Positions 50,811 to 63,900 of a stretch of DNA of 64,000 nucleotides are shown here, in pieces. The stretch is from contig BFEA01000003.1 in NCBI GenBank assembly GCA_003427395.1, forward strand, positions 2,340,909-2,404,908, read 5' to 3'. This DNA is from Chara braunii (taxonomy: Eukaryota; Plantae; Charophyceae). Each line of letters begins with the position of its first letter. The stretch's first letter is position 1. The notes under the pieces were generated by a model. The model was given only the letters and a program-made list of their open reading frames with translations, made no database searches and was not told the DNA's origin. A program made the translations under genes and the position numbers.

Positions 50811-53666
50811 TTACTGGTATGGCAAATACTTCACGACTCCGGGGTACATCCTGGAGAGCCGATCCCTCCAGAGACACCCGAAGAACTTAGCAAACTTAGC
50901 TAAGGCAGCGAGAGAGACCTCCGACGGATACCGCCGGAGGCGTGCTTCTATCATAACGACCGTGATGGTAGTCATTGTTGCTTCATATGACGTGGACACC
51001 CTCTGAGCCCGGATCATACTGGTGAACAGTGTCGACTTCTTCGTCGATTTTCTGGAAAACGAATCATAATCCTGCATGGACTGAATCTTCAGCTTCCCAC
51101 AGTCACTCAAAGACTTCTGATTCCGGGTCCTCGGAAACACATGTATGAATGTCCCTGTTGCAGACTCAACCATCACCTGCGCGCCAAAAAACTCAAAGGA
51201 ATTTCCTCCCTCATCTTTCCTTACAAGCTTCAAACTGTCATCATAGCACCCTTCTAACTTCTTAAAAAACCTCTCCACCCTTTCCTCGGTACTTGCATCC
51301 CCTCTTACATATCCAATGATTACTGCCACGTCATCAATGATTCTCATTCCTTTCACAAACCTCGCATCTCTCCCAAGACTGCTCAAGAATTCGACTTCCG
51401 CTCGAGCACAGACCAAGCACGCGAGAGCAGGGCTCGAGTTCCTCCCCATAGGGATCCCAAACACCTGCTTCAGTACCTGCCCAGCGCATCTGACGTAAGT
51501 ATTGGCAAGTTCAAACCCAACTGCATCTATGATGAGTTGGAATCTCAGGACGATGAACCCTTCGCTCTTCCGATGATTCCTAGCCATTATGCACGTCTTC
51601 CCTCTCTGACCTACCCTTACACCAACCATCCCTCTTCTCTGATGGACCATGCTTACCCATCTAACCGCATTAACAATGCTATCATGCGATAGTCTTGAAA
51701 ACATATCTTTTATGTCATAACTCCTCGCCGTAGCTGCATTCCCCACATCATTCAGCGCCTCCTGGATCTCTTCACACCGCTCCCGTAGATCCTCTGTCGA
51801 CCGCAAATCAAAGTGTTCAGCTTCTCTGCAGCTGAACAGCATGAATCTTATCGCTCTCCCAATCCTCGATCCTGCCAACCTTGTGGGATCTTAGTGGCAG
51901 GTGAGATAGGCTTCCAACGACTCACATATTTTTCTTTCGGTAAGACGTAGGCTTTCCCAATCTCTCCTGCCTTTCCCCACACAGCAATGTACCGCAAACC
52001 GGCCCGTTTGTAGCTACCCTTCATTTCCCTCAGTATGTCCTCTTCTCTCTTCTCTACTGGTAAGAAACCCGGATTCCAGTTGAACGTCATGTTACAAGCA
52101 TGCAAATACAAAACAGGGCAAATGATCAGGGTAGCCCCCGGGTTCCTGTCTATAGGAACGGCGATCAAATGCTGAACTCTGCTCAACCAGATCCTAACTT
52201 CCTCGGTAGTCATGGCCCGTATCCTATTCCCTCCCGCGCGTTTGATACACGCGGTTTCTTTTGCTTGGTCTACCTGCAAACCCTGACCTCTACTCCAAGG
52301 TTTCGCTGCATCTTCGATGGTTTCAGATAGTGTTTCCACACTCACATTCCCACTGTACGTCACGTTTCTCGAATTCTTCACGAAGTCTGGAGCCCCAGGC
52401 ACATCTTCTAGCCTTAGTTTTACGTGGCCTTGCATCTTCGCCCAACTTCTCTCTGAGCACGTGCATAGTACCTCCGATGCCCCAGCGCATACACGATGAT
52501 TGTGTATAACCTACCCAATTGTCACATGCTTCTTGAACACAACCCTGGTCCTACTAGTGACGTACGTACGTAAATGCGGATCCTGGATACATCTCCCAAC
52601 TACTTCTGCTACTACTCCCCTGATCGCAGAAGAGCTCACGCTAGTGAAAAAAAGAATCCTTACGATCGGTCTCCTCCGAATCTCCGTACCAAACACTGCT
52701 CGAATCACCCCGTTAATTTTCGTCTTCAACTGATATCTAGATACCTTCCTTCCAAACGTAGCCGCAGTCTTATACAAGGCTAGCAGCTCTTTGGCCTTCT
52801 TCTTATACAACGTCCTCACCCTCCATGGCTGCCTTAACAGATCCCTCAGGACGTACTTTCGATGCTCAATCGCAGATGACGTAACCCTGACCCGAATTAC
52901 GTAAAAAATGCCCCCGATTTCGAGCTCTCTCTTACATTCCTTTAGATACCTGCACCGCCCCTGAAGACTAATGATGCTCTCCCCAACTTTGCCCTTCACC
53001 ACCTTCCACCTATCCACCTGTACTCCTCCTCCTGATGAGATGACGCGCAACGGTGCTTGCGACACTCGGACGCTTTTCAGTAGATCAATGATGGAGGTGG
53101 CCCCACTAAAACTGACAAGTTTGAGTAGACGGACCCCTCTTACCTCTCTCCCTCTTCCCCTTCCTTCGTCTACCTTTTTTTGTCTGATCTGGTCGATACT
53201 GTGTGTTCAATGCAGGCGAGAACCGCTTAATCAATGATTTCTCCACCAACAGAGGATCTCTAACTTCCGTGATTAGCGGTAATATGAAGTACTTCTCCCA
53301 CCCAAAGATCCTCAGCCACGCGTGCAATTTAGGTGCATTCCCAAGCTTCCCGGATCTCGCGAAGTTTACGTGCTCATTCCATCGGATGATAAAACTCCTC
53401 GTAGTGCACCAGATATATAAGTGCCTACACCATGGACTAACGATCACATACACCCCACTTTCTCTAGTGGCCAGCCCCCTGGTTCCTTCACCTATCAATC
53501 TCACCCATTTCTTCGCCCAGCAACAATGCCCATTAATTACTAACAGGAGGAACCATCTCATTATCTCATCTTCCACGCTTATTTCTAACACCGCCCCGTT
53601 CCGATCTTTCCTCTTTCCCCTATCTAGCATTAGCCCCCTCAGTGTTTCCAGCCGGTCCATGACCAC
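50811..53666 (-). pseudogene. Penelope-like pol: GIY-YIG endonuclease followed by reverse transcriptase (frameshifted)
   Basis: GVYVI-x8-YIW(G)..R..RWNEH...E..I...PALN; RT motifs YVLPK, PISP, YDIKDMF, GIPMG..SP, RIIDD, FFG. Confidence 0.9.
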
Positions 53667-53668
53667 TC

Positions 53669-54913
53669 TTACCTGTCGGAGAGGTGAGCATTATCACTGC
53701 ACTCGCCATACGCCAACCTGGTTCTACACCTCACTAACTCGTTAACGGCCAGGTCCTTCTTAATCCACTCCACACCCTCTTCATTGCAGATCTTCCGTAA
53801 CTCTGGGGCTTTCTTCGCCGACAGTTTCTGGTGCATATCCAGCGCAAAATCCAACACCTCCCCACTCGACGACACACGATCATCTCGCACCCTCCGCCAC
53901 AACATAAAAATTCCCACGAGAAATGAAAGTTGAAAAAACATTTCATAAAAGAAAAATCCTTCATATTATGTAAATTATGATTTCAATGTTCGTCCAATTC
54001 TAAAATTTTCAGTTTTATTTGATAAGTTCCCGTCTAAATACGAGTTTTCCCTTCCAACTACATCTATTTGTTCAAGATGGAATGAAAGTCTGGATGAGTT
54101 TATGAAATGTTTTAATTGAATTTTTCAAATAAGACCAAAAATTTTAAAATTGGAATGACATTTTTGAAGATGGAATGAAAATTTCAAATGTAGAATGTAA
54201 TTTTAGTATAGAATGATTATTTAATTCAGGGAATTTTTTCTGTTGCAGGGAGGGGTATGCACATCATCAGGGAGGTCGTCAATGAGGATAGGGGACATCC
54301 TGGTAGTCTTCACCTTGATGTTCGATACACGTCCTTCCCCATTCGCCCTCCTCTTCCCTTTCCTTCTTTCAATGATATCAATAAGTCTCCCCGCCTCTTC
54401 TTTCACTTCTTTGCTATCATTCTCTGATTCGTCTAAATAGCTCCCGATTTCCCTTAGCACTCGTGCTTTAGTAGTAGGCGACTTCTTCTTCCCTAGTGGT
54501 GCGGCGTTACTCCCTGTCTGCTTACCATGCTGACTCATCAGCCGCAGGAGCTTTGCCTCCAACTTGGCTTCTCTTGCCTCCGCTTCACGTAGTCTGTCCG
54601 CCTCCCTCCTATCCTCCTCCTCCCTCCTCCTTCTTTCCTCTTGTTCCTTAGCTCTCTTTTCTTCTTCGGCTCGTTGCTTCTGCATCTTCTTCCGGAAGTA
54701 GGCTTTCATTTCGTTCGTCTCGTCGTCGACCACCACAGCAGCTGGTGGTTGGTACTGCTGGATCGGTCTGCCTCGACCAGCCGCCCAACAATTTCTTGCG
54801 TAATGTCCCGCTTTCCCACATAGGTAGCAGGACACATCTCCGGACTGGCTACCATTCTGAAGGACTTGCGGCTGTGCTCCATACCCTGGCATGGGCGGCG
54901 TCCCCATATGCAT
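53669..54913 (-). pseudogene. Upstream ORF of the Penelope-like element: CCHC zinc knuckle, charged coiled coil, SAP-like helix motif; split by a MITE
   Basis: CYLCGKAGHYARNC; LSAKKAPELRKICNEEGV; removing the MITE and one TSD rejoins HTPP-WRRVRDD in frame. Confidence 0.75.
53900..54245. mobile_element. Internally deleted copy of the CAACA-ended MITE
   Basis: Collinear with 39080-39602; CA on both flanks. Confidence 0.85.
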
Positions 54914-55768
54914 GTTTGCTATAGTTTACCTCCTCCTTCTTTCCAACCTCCTCTCCAGCCTCCTTCTCCTGTATCGCTCGTTCCCCACCAAGCACCCTAT
55001 GCTATGAAGATCTTACTCAAACTCGCCGATCAACTTTTCCTTAGTCTCCTCGTCCCTAAACTGCAGCGCCACAAAGATCAACGGACTCAAGTTCTCTTCA
55101 ATAATTCTCTGCACCTCAAGCCACTGTCTCGCTAACTCTAAACTCCGAAAATTCCTACTCGACATCCCTCCCTGAGTTCTCCTATACCCTCCACCTAACT
55201 GACAAGTAGAGCTCCAACTTCCACCCTGCACCCTCTGATCTCCCACTAATCCCGTGAATAGCCGCAAGGATACATACGATAGTCGTGACTACGCACCCCA
55301 ACCGAACCGGCCTGCTTACGAGAGATCTTACCAACACTCGCATAGGGACGATCACGCCCTATACCTGATAAGCCGTTGTCCTTCACCTTTCGATTAACAC
55401 ATCTCGGGACATCTCCTACATCCTTCCATCACACGAGCGGATCGGAAAACTTTCGTCCACGATATCACGGCTGATTCCCAACCTCATTGCCTCGAAGCTT
55501 CGGCTCTCCTTAGGAACTTCAGGGAAACTTCAACGCTTCAAAAAACCTTGGTTAACTCCGTAGCCACCGAGCAGATGTCCAGACACGCCGATTACCACGC
55601 TTCTCGAGAATCAAGACAGGAAGGACGAAAGGAACACAAAAAAAGGAAGGTAGGACCAAGGAAAAACGACACGCTGATAAGATCAACACTCTCTCGGCCT
55701 GGAACCTTAAGCAAAACCATTCGTTTCTCTCTCACACGAAAAAAAAGTCATTAAGCACGATACGCAAT

Positions 55769-55818
55769 ACCCCGACGTGTTTCGCTGCCAGCGCACTTGG
55801 CAGACTCCTCAGGGGGGT
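55769..55818 (-). ncRNA. Minimal type I hammerhead ribozyme in the upstream pLTR
   Basis: Minus strand reads CCCC-CUGAGGA-GUCUGCCA AGUGCGC UGGCAGC-GAAAC AC GUC-GGGG; the very short stem III is typical of Penelope-like element hammerheads. Confidence 0.88.
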
Positions 55819-56813
55819 TTTCTTCTCCACAAAGGTACGTAGATCTGTATCCTTGTTGCCTTTTTTATACTTCCCTGGCGAGCTCGTACATGTCTACCTA
55901 TCCTACCTACACACTCCCTCTGCGCACTTGACACACTACCCTTGATCCCTCTCGGCTTACCGCAATCCCTTACCTGCATTCCTATTGGTCCGCTTCGGTG
56001 GTACTCCACTTCAAAGAACTTCCCGCTCTCTCCTCGTCCCCACTGTCTCTTTACCTCAAAAAACTTCCCGCTCTCTCCTCGTCCCCACTGTCTCTTCCAT
56101 CTCCCCCTCTGACATACTCCATTCCCTTTGGCATACTTACCCTTCACACCCTCCATCTCCTTACTTCCCAATATGTCTACCCTCGACCCGCCAACGATGG
56201 TGGAACTCTACAGACCGAAAAACACCCAGCGTCACTTACTAAGGTTACGCATATCTCCTGGCGCGATTCAGACAACCCAACACATGAACCAGAGAACCCA
56301 GCGTCACCTTCTATTCTAATCTGCGTTCATTCGGCTGGCACGAAACTCCCTAGTAGTGTTCCAACTTCACAAAGCAAAAGGTCAGATCCTCAGCGAAAGT
56401 TCATTAACAGCCGAAAAAACGAAAAGGAAAAAAAAAAAAGAAAAAAAAAAGGAAAGGAAAAAGAAAAATCCAAAAAAGATGAAAAATACAATCCAGAAAA
56501 AACGAGAAACGAAAAACAAAAAGAGATACAAAATCGGCGGAACCATACGTCGACTGGAAAAACCCGACAAAAGCTCCTGGGCCCATAGGTCTTCTTCGTC
56601 TGTCTGGTCCTACCCGAGTCTCATTCCCCGTTCTACTATTGTATACTACTCCCATTCTTCCTACACCTCCGAACCCGTCATATCGTATTCTATATGCTAA
56701 CATTCATTTACTGGTATGGCAAATACTTCACGACTCCGGGGTACATCCTGGAGAGTCGATCCCTCCAGAGACACCCAGAGAACTTAGCAAACTTAGTTAA
56801 TGCAGCGTGCGCG

Positions 56814-56893
<80 letters not shown>

Positions 56894-56896
<3 letters not shown>

Positions 56897-57050
56897 CTTT
56901 GCGAGTTGTGATACTTTACGTAATACTCAGACCTATATACTTCGCCAGTTGTGATACTTTGCGTAATACCAGGCATATGCGAGTTGTGATACTTTGCGTA
57001 ATACTCAGGCCTATATACTTTGCTAGTTGTGATACTTCGCGTAATACCCA
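56894..57050. repeat. ~43-bp minisatellite, about 4 copies
   Basis: Repeated GCGAGTTGTGATACTTTGCGTAATAC units. Confidence 0.85.
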
Positions 57051-57074
57051 AGCATATCTTGGTGAGGTTCGCCG

Positions 57075-57133
<59 letters not shown>

Positions 57134-58207
57134 ACAACCCTTTTGAAAATATCACAGGTAGTGTTGACGACAAAAGCATTTCCAAATGCGAACCATGACC
57201 TGACCGCAGGAAGGAGCTTTGCGAGCCGTCCTGCAATTCCCCACGCACACCCCTCCCAGAAGCATCATCACCCCCGTAAGGGCAGTCAGCACCTGAATCA
57301 CACGACACATATCCCATTCGAAAATCCGGTCCACATACTCGGGCCGACAACGTCGCCGAGATTGCAGCAGCTACAGTGCTGCCCAACTCAGGCTGTATAG
57401 CTGGCAACGACCAATAGAGGAGACGATCCACAACGTCGCTGACGAGTCCACGATTGTCACTTACATCGGACATAGCATCGTGGAGTGCATACAACCTCCT
57501 TCAACATCCCTCCTTCACACTCACTCGAACAATCTTTGTCGAGGCTGAAGATGGCGTACCACCGACGAGTGTTACGCAATTAACATTGTCCGTGGAAGGC
57601 GTCGGGTGACGTGCGGTAGAGGCACAATGAGGCGGTTGCCTTTCTGAATTGGTTGACGTACCAACGAGTCATCACTGCGAAGTCTGCGCATGGTCTGCAT
57701 CTCCACATCGTCCCTGAATGGCAGAGCCACCAGTTGGACATGTCGGGCCCACTGCATGTGTCGAAATTGGAGCCAGAGGGATGGTCGGCCCGTAGTTTAG
57801 CCGTCTAGGGAGGAGAGGGGACGACAACAATGGAGCACTAAGCACACCACCATGCACGGGAGGATTACAAACCGGCTGCACATCGAGCGGAGAAGACCCA
57901 ATAAACTCGGCAAAGGTGAACGATAGATCGTCTCCCGTTGACCGATGTCGCTTGTGCTTGGCGAAATGTCAACGTGACGCCTTTTCCCCAAACGCACTTC
58001 CTCACGACCACTGTACGGTGAACTTTCCCAACAACCGTTGCGCACCACATGGAGATTGAGTGATATTGCGACCACCACCAGGTGTCCCCTTCGGAGAAGC
58101 CACGCTGGTCGTGGCACGAGCGGCGGGGGCGTCTCGGGCAGTCTCTAATATTTCAAATGTTACAGTTTGCACATAGACGACTGTCAGAAAAGCGCAAAGT
58201 CAGGAAC

Positions 58208-58901
58208 CGGCGTTTGGGATGGGCTGAACGCCCGAACGAATGGGACCCCTTGGCCCTTGGGGATGCGTTCGGCCGTTCGGGCCGAACTTGGACCCCCCCC
58301 CCCAATAAAAAACAAAAAAACAAAAATAAAACAAATATGAAGAAAAGATATGTTACGAAGAAAAATAAATTAAACAAGATTTGCCTGAGCGTTATATCCA
58401 AATTCGTTACCGAATTTGAAATAAAAATAAAATACGAAAAACAAATCCAAATAATAAAATAACAAAAATTTGAAGAAAAAAAAATGAATTTAGTGAGTGA
58501 GCAAGCACGTTTTCGACACTGCTATCTTTGGCAATTTTTCATTTTATTTTTTTGGCATAGCCAAAGTCCCTGAAAATTTACAGATGTTTACTTCACATAA
58601 AGCATAACCCACAAAAAAAGTTAAAAAAAATAATAAAAATTGTTTAGACCCCGAACTCAAGTGAAAACAAAAAGTAAAAAGTGAAAAAAAACGTGGGCGA
58701 GCACATTTTGACACCGCCATCTTTTACGATTTTTAGTTCTTATTTGGCTGAGCCAAATGAATTGAAAATATATAGGCATGTACCTCACGTCATAGAAAGC
58801 TCATAAAAAATAAAAAATAAAAAAAATTAGGCCCCAAAGTAATTTTTGGTGGGGGCCGAACGTTGTTGGGTTCGGACCCCATACGAGACCCCGAACGCCC
58901 G
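58208..58901. mobile_element. Probable MITE related to 48989-49486
   Basis: Shared internal block (AACA.(C/G)ATTTG...ATATCCAAA...GAATTT.AAATAAAAA); CCGAAC subterminal motifs; weak GGCGTTYGGG inverted ends; no TSD found. Confidence 0.5.
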
Positions 58902-60079
58902 TATGTACGGAGGTCTGCATCTGCCCCGGGACCTCCGTACGTAGGGGCTGGTGACCCTGTATATGTATATATATATCCTAACCCTTAAGCAGCATTGGCC
59001 GCGGGGGGAAGATCGATGGTCCGCTGCACACCAGAATCGGGTCGAAGTTTCGGTGCGGGCCGGCGGATGAAGGCGATCCAGGGCAGGTGGGCATGCAGAG
59101 AAGCGCGCGTACTGAATTGTTCACAACGCGCCACTAAACGAGAGAGCGCCCCCACAGGGCCGGGTACACGGCGGGCGTCGATGTGGATGAATATTTCGAC
59201 TCGCCCGCCGTCGGATAGCATTTCCGTGTCGGTTTGTGTCCGGCCCCCTTTTTTTTGTTTTGTATTCTAAAAAAGAAAAAGAATTTGTCGTTTTGTTTCG
59301 TATTTTTTAATCTGGCGTGTCGTTTTGTTCTCTTTTTTTGCCTTTTATTTTCGTTTTGTTTCCGAAACAAAAAAAGACTTTCCGTTTTTTTTTCCCCATG
59401 AATTTGCGTTTTTTTTTGGTCGGTCCAAAAAAAAACAAACAAAAAAAAACAAAAGAAAAAACACACTTTTTTTTTGCATTCTTTTTTGGGTCGGAACGAA
59501 CTTTCCACTAGAACATAGCCAGATGCAAGCACACTAGTGTTTGGCGGTCAGTCCATGGACATCGCCACACCACTATCGAAATGTGAGAAAACGTGGCGGG
59601 CGCATCTGGCCATGTTCCAGCATGAAATTCATTCTTATTTTGCACATTTCAGGTGTGGTGTGGCGATGCCCTCTTTATGTCTTTCTCTCTCTCGCTCTCT
59701 CGCTCTCTCGCTCTCTCTCTCTCTCTCTCCCGCTTTCTCTCTCTCACACACACACATAGACACATAGATGAGACGAAGTTTGCCTGTCTGTGTGTGTGTG
59801 TGCGTGTGTGTCAGAGAGAGAGCGAGCAAGAGTGTGTGTGTGTGTGGGCGTGCGTGGGTGTGACAGAGAGTGTGCGGGCAAGAGTCTGTGTGTGTTTGCG
59901 TGTGGGTATGTGGCAGAGGGAGAGTGCGGTCAAGACTCTGCCATCGCAAGTGGCACGAGCCGAGACAAGTGTGCCCCGTGTGGCTATGATATGCATGTCT
60001 TGAAAAAAAAAAAAAAAAAAAAAAAAAGAGGAGGAAGCTTGCCTGTGTCTCTCTCTCCCTCGCTTCCTCCTCTTTTTCC

Positions 60080-60115
<36 letters not shown>

Positions 60116-60360
60116 CAGATACTGACATGCGCAAAGGTGGTGCCTCGATGCAGGTACAGGAGATGCTCTCTCTCTCTCTGTACCAGATACTGACCTACGC
60201 AAGGGTTGCGCTCGATGCAGGTACGGGAGATACTCTCTCTCTCTCTCTCCATCAGTCGCACTCCTCCTAGGTCCGTTACTCCCTCTCTTCGCCATATATA
60301 CTGTGTACGATGGGGGAGGTTTGATGTTGAGGCGCTTGAGCTTGAGCAACCTCAGCGCGC

Positions 60361-60445
<85 letters not shown>

Positions 60446-60577
60446 NNNNNNNNNNNNNNNNNNNNNNNNNNNNNNNNNNNNNNNNNNNNNNNNNNNNNNN
60501 NNNNNNNNNNNNNNNNNNNNNNNNNNNNNNNNNNNNNNNNNNNNNNNNNNNNNNNNNNNNNNNNNNNNNNNNNNNNN

Positions 60578-60647
<70 letters not shown>

Positions 60648-61009
60648 GTTGGAGGCGACGACGGGTAGGATTGGCGGCCAAATGCGCGAAGAGTGAGAAG
60701 AGAGGAAGATGACAATGAAGAAAAAGCGATAGGAGAAAAAAAAGAGAGAAACGAAGGGAGAGAAGAAGATAGACGAAAAAGAGAGGAGGAAGACAGGTGA
60801 AGGATACGTTGTAGTGTGGAGCGTGCATGATCACTACATCGGTATGATAAATGTAACCGAGCACGACACTATACAGGGAACCATCCGCCGATTTGTTGCA
60901 GTCCGTATCGATACTCCCTGGCGCAACGACTTGCCACGTTCCCGAGAGTCAACGAGTTTGAAGCTAATGGGTGGATCGAACCCGGGGTTGGGTCATGGTC
61001 ATTCCCGGT

Positions 61010-62130
61010 GGTGATTGTACCAAAGAAGACGAGAGAAATTCATATCTGAATTGACTATCAAAAATTGAATAATATCACGATTAAAGATGTCTACCCTCTT
61101 CCTCAGATTGATGAGCTACTGGATACTGTATAGGATGCGCGCATTTTTTCAGCAAGTTTGTCCACTATGGTTTCCATCACCTTCTCGTCAAAAAGGAAGA
61201 CTGCCCGAAAACGACCTTCATCATTGTTTAAGAAAAATGACAATGGATTCGATGCCTAATGGGTATTTGCAATGCACTTGCTACGTTATAGCGTGAGATG
61301 AACATGACGTTCCAAAACTTTGTGCGAAAAACACAGCGACACAAAGTATTATTAATTAATGTGCAATTGTATATATAGATGATATTCAAGTGTACTCAAG
61401 CACCTATGAAGGACACGTGTAACACATTGAGTGAACATTGCACGCGTTAAAAGATGTAGGTTTCAAGGTTGCTCTCGAGAAATGTCAGTTCTTCCCGACG
61501 AAGATCTCCTTTTTGAGCCATGTGGTTACTGATAAGGGATTGTAGTCGGAACCTGAAAAGGTGAAAGTTGTGAGGGACGCGCTAGTGCGCACGTCGCTTA
61601 CACAAGTTCACGTGTTTTTGGGACTGACCTCGTATTACGGAAGGTTTATCAAAGGATGTGCAACAATTGTGGGACCCCTCACGAACCTGCTGAAAAAAAA
61701 TCAGCCCTTGATCTGAAGTCCCCAATGTGATCATGCATTTCGAGAACTCAAGGTGGCTCTGATTTGTACCCCTATTCTTATGAGGCTAGACCCATAAAAA
61801 CCTTTTACTCTCATTACTGATTGACAACTTGAGGCGATCTCGGCGATCTTAGCTCAGGTAAGACCATATGGACTGGAACACGTGGTGGAATATGCTTTCA
61901 AAATCGTACCCCCCTGCAAGCAGAACTACTATGCGTCAGCGGAGGAATGTTTTTTTACATTGTGGGGAACCAGTCATTTCCGAGCGTACATATACGACCG
62001 AAAGTTCACGTTGGTTAATGATCGCGAGTCACTCTTGGCCCTGAAGAAGTCAAAGGATTACTCGGGTATGATTGGACGATGAGCTACCACGTTGCAAGGC
62101 ATGGAATTTGACATTTGCCACCGACGACAC
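61010..62130 (+). pseudogene. Second Ty3/gypsy RT-RNase H remnant
   Basis: IDYQKLNNITIKDVYPLPQIDELLD, YIDD ~61372, KCQF, FLGL..YY.RFI, FTLVND; many stops. Confidence 0.88.
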
Positions 62131-62330
62131 GAACGACGTCTACATCGGCCTGCAAGTGAAGAACTGACCCCGTGGAACGATCCAGAACAAAAGGGCGAGC
62201 CCAAGTACGATCAGGTGAAGATCCTTTAAAAGGTTTAAATCTTCACTTAAGAGCGATAACCTCCCCTTCTTCTCTCCCTAAGCATTATGTCCCCTCTCCA
62301 ATTTCTGACTCTTCCTTTTTCTCGAATTTT

Positions 62331-62710
62331 CCAGATAAATTATGTCATTTTTGTACGTGCATTTTATGAGTTTACATAGTAGATTTCTTCCCACATGAGT
62401 CTGGATTTGTTGATTGGGTAGATTGCGTCACGTGTGTCAATCGCACGCATGACACATGTATTTGATATCGAACGATTAGTAAAGAATGGAGGTGTCCTCT
62501 GTGTCATACAGATAAGCTTCCTACGGAAGCTCTCCGGATAAATTATGTTATTTTTGTACGTGCATTTCACGAGTTTACGGAGTAGATTTCTTACCACGTG
62601 AGTCTGGATTTGTTAACTGGGTAGATTACGCCACGTGTATCACTCGCACACATGACACATGTATTCAATATCGAATGGTTAGTAAAGAATGGAGGTGTCC
62701 TCTGTGTCGT
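62331..62710 (+). pseudogene. Two tandem ~200-bp copies encoding PHD (C4HC3) fingers
   Basis: CHFC...WVDCVTCVNRTHDTC...EWRCPLC with two stops, then CYFC...WVDYATCITRTHDTC...EWRCPLC. Confidence 0.75.
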
Positions 62711-62989
62711 ACATATAAGCTTCCTAAGGAAGCTTCATTTGAAGCCGCCAGAATTGACGAACCCGAATATAATGAGAAATTCCGACGAGCGGAAGTTTGG
62801 ACGGATGAAATCCTGCTGACTAAATTAGCTAGCGAATCGTTGGATAGCCATACGAAGCATGGCAGTCGTCGGGCAAGAGATCTCGGGACCACCGATGGAT
62901 CAACGACCATCTAAAAAAGCGTAAAATAGGCGGATCATGATTATGATTGACGGTTCCACATCTGTTTCAACGCTACGATTGGAGCCGAT

Positions 62990-63900
62990 CCGCTCACTGG
63001 GAGCAGGCCGCTCACTTTGCGATACGTGTCACGAAAGTAACTATCCATCGAAATCGATGATTATGGTTTAATATTCATGAAGATGTCAGACACGTGGTCA
63101 GTAACTGTCTTAGTCCGTGTCGCAGATCGAGTGCCGATCCATGAACCAAACACGATAGTTCCTATAGAAGAAAAGCGTCTTTTTCAGCGTGTCAGCATGA
63201 ATACGACATCCATTGACGTGCCACCTGGCCCTAACCGTTACAAATATTTGATTTTATTGGTTTTAATTGATCATCTTTCGAAATACATAGAGGTTTATCC
63301 ATGCAAAACAAGTAAGGCCTCAAAAATAGCTACCTACATCGATCGATTCCTCAATGCATCTGGATATATAAAAAATCTTAGTCGACAAAGAGAATGAGTT
63401 CAAGGCTAAAGTAGAGGAACTGTTGACACGTAAAGGCATCGCTCTCCGACACACTACTCTGCACGTCTCGCTGTCCAATGGACTCGTGCAGAATGTAAAT
63501 CGCATGATTAAAACCGCCCTACGACGAAACTAGCGGCTAATAACACGCGTCCCTAGCCCGAGATAGTCTACCAATCATTCGAGTTCACCGGGCCACCCCT
63601 CATGAATCGACCAGATTCACCCCCTTTCAGCTATGGACCAACATTATTCCATGTGTCATCAACCGAGATGCTTCGAAAATTGTCGAGCCCCGGGGAAAAG
63701 ACACGTGGGCGTCCCTCAAGGCTAAGGCCAAAAGGCATGCCAAATTAATGGAAAAGGCAATCCCTAGATTGGCTTGTAAAAGACAAAGGATGAGTGAGTG
63801 GCCCACGGTAGGCAGATTCGCAGTTGCGAGGCTCGGAATGGGAACGTGGCCCGCAATTTCAGTATAAATTGGGGGACCTGGTTCAGTTAGGTAAATGTGC
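62990..63900 (+). pseudogene. Retroviral-type integrase remnant: HHCC, rve core, C-terminal GDLV
   Basis: HWEQAAHF...WFNIHEDVRHVVSNCLSPC; FQRVSM...YLILLVLIDHLSKY; EFK; SNGLVQ.VNR.IK; YKLGDLV. Confidence 0.8.

Larger units (their letters stand above)
49857..56800 (-). mobile_element. Penelope-like retroelement with N-terminal GIY-YIG (Chlamys/Naiad architecture) and direct terminal repeats (pLTRs)
   Basis: ~1.1-kb direct repeats at 49857-50900 and 55608-56800; GIY-YIG precedes RT; hammerhead present; microsatellites on both flanks. Confidence 0.88.

Noticed and set aside
56916-58117. Minus-strand ORFs as a host gene, likewise 34787-35292
   Set aside because: No recognisable domain; short, fragmented and partly microsatellite-derived.
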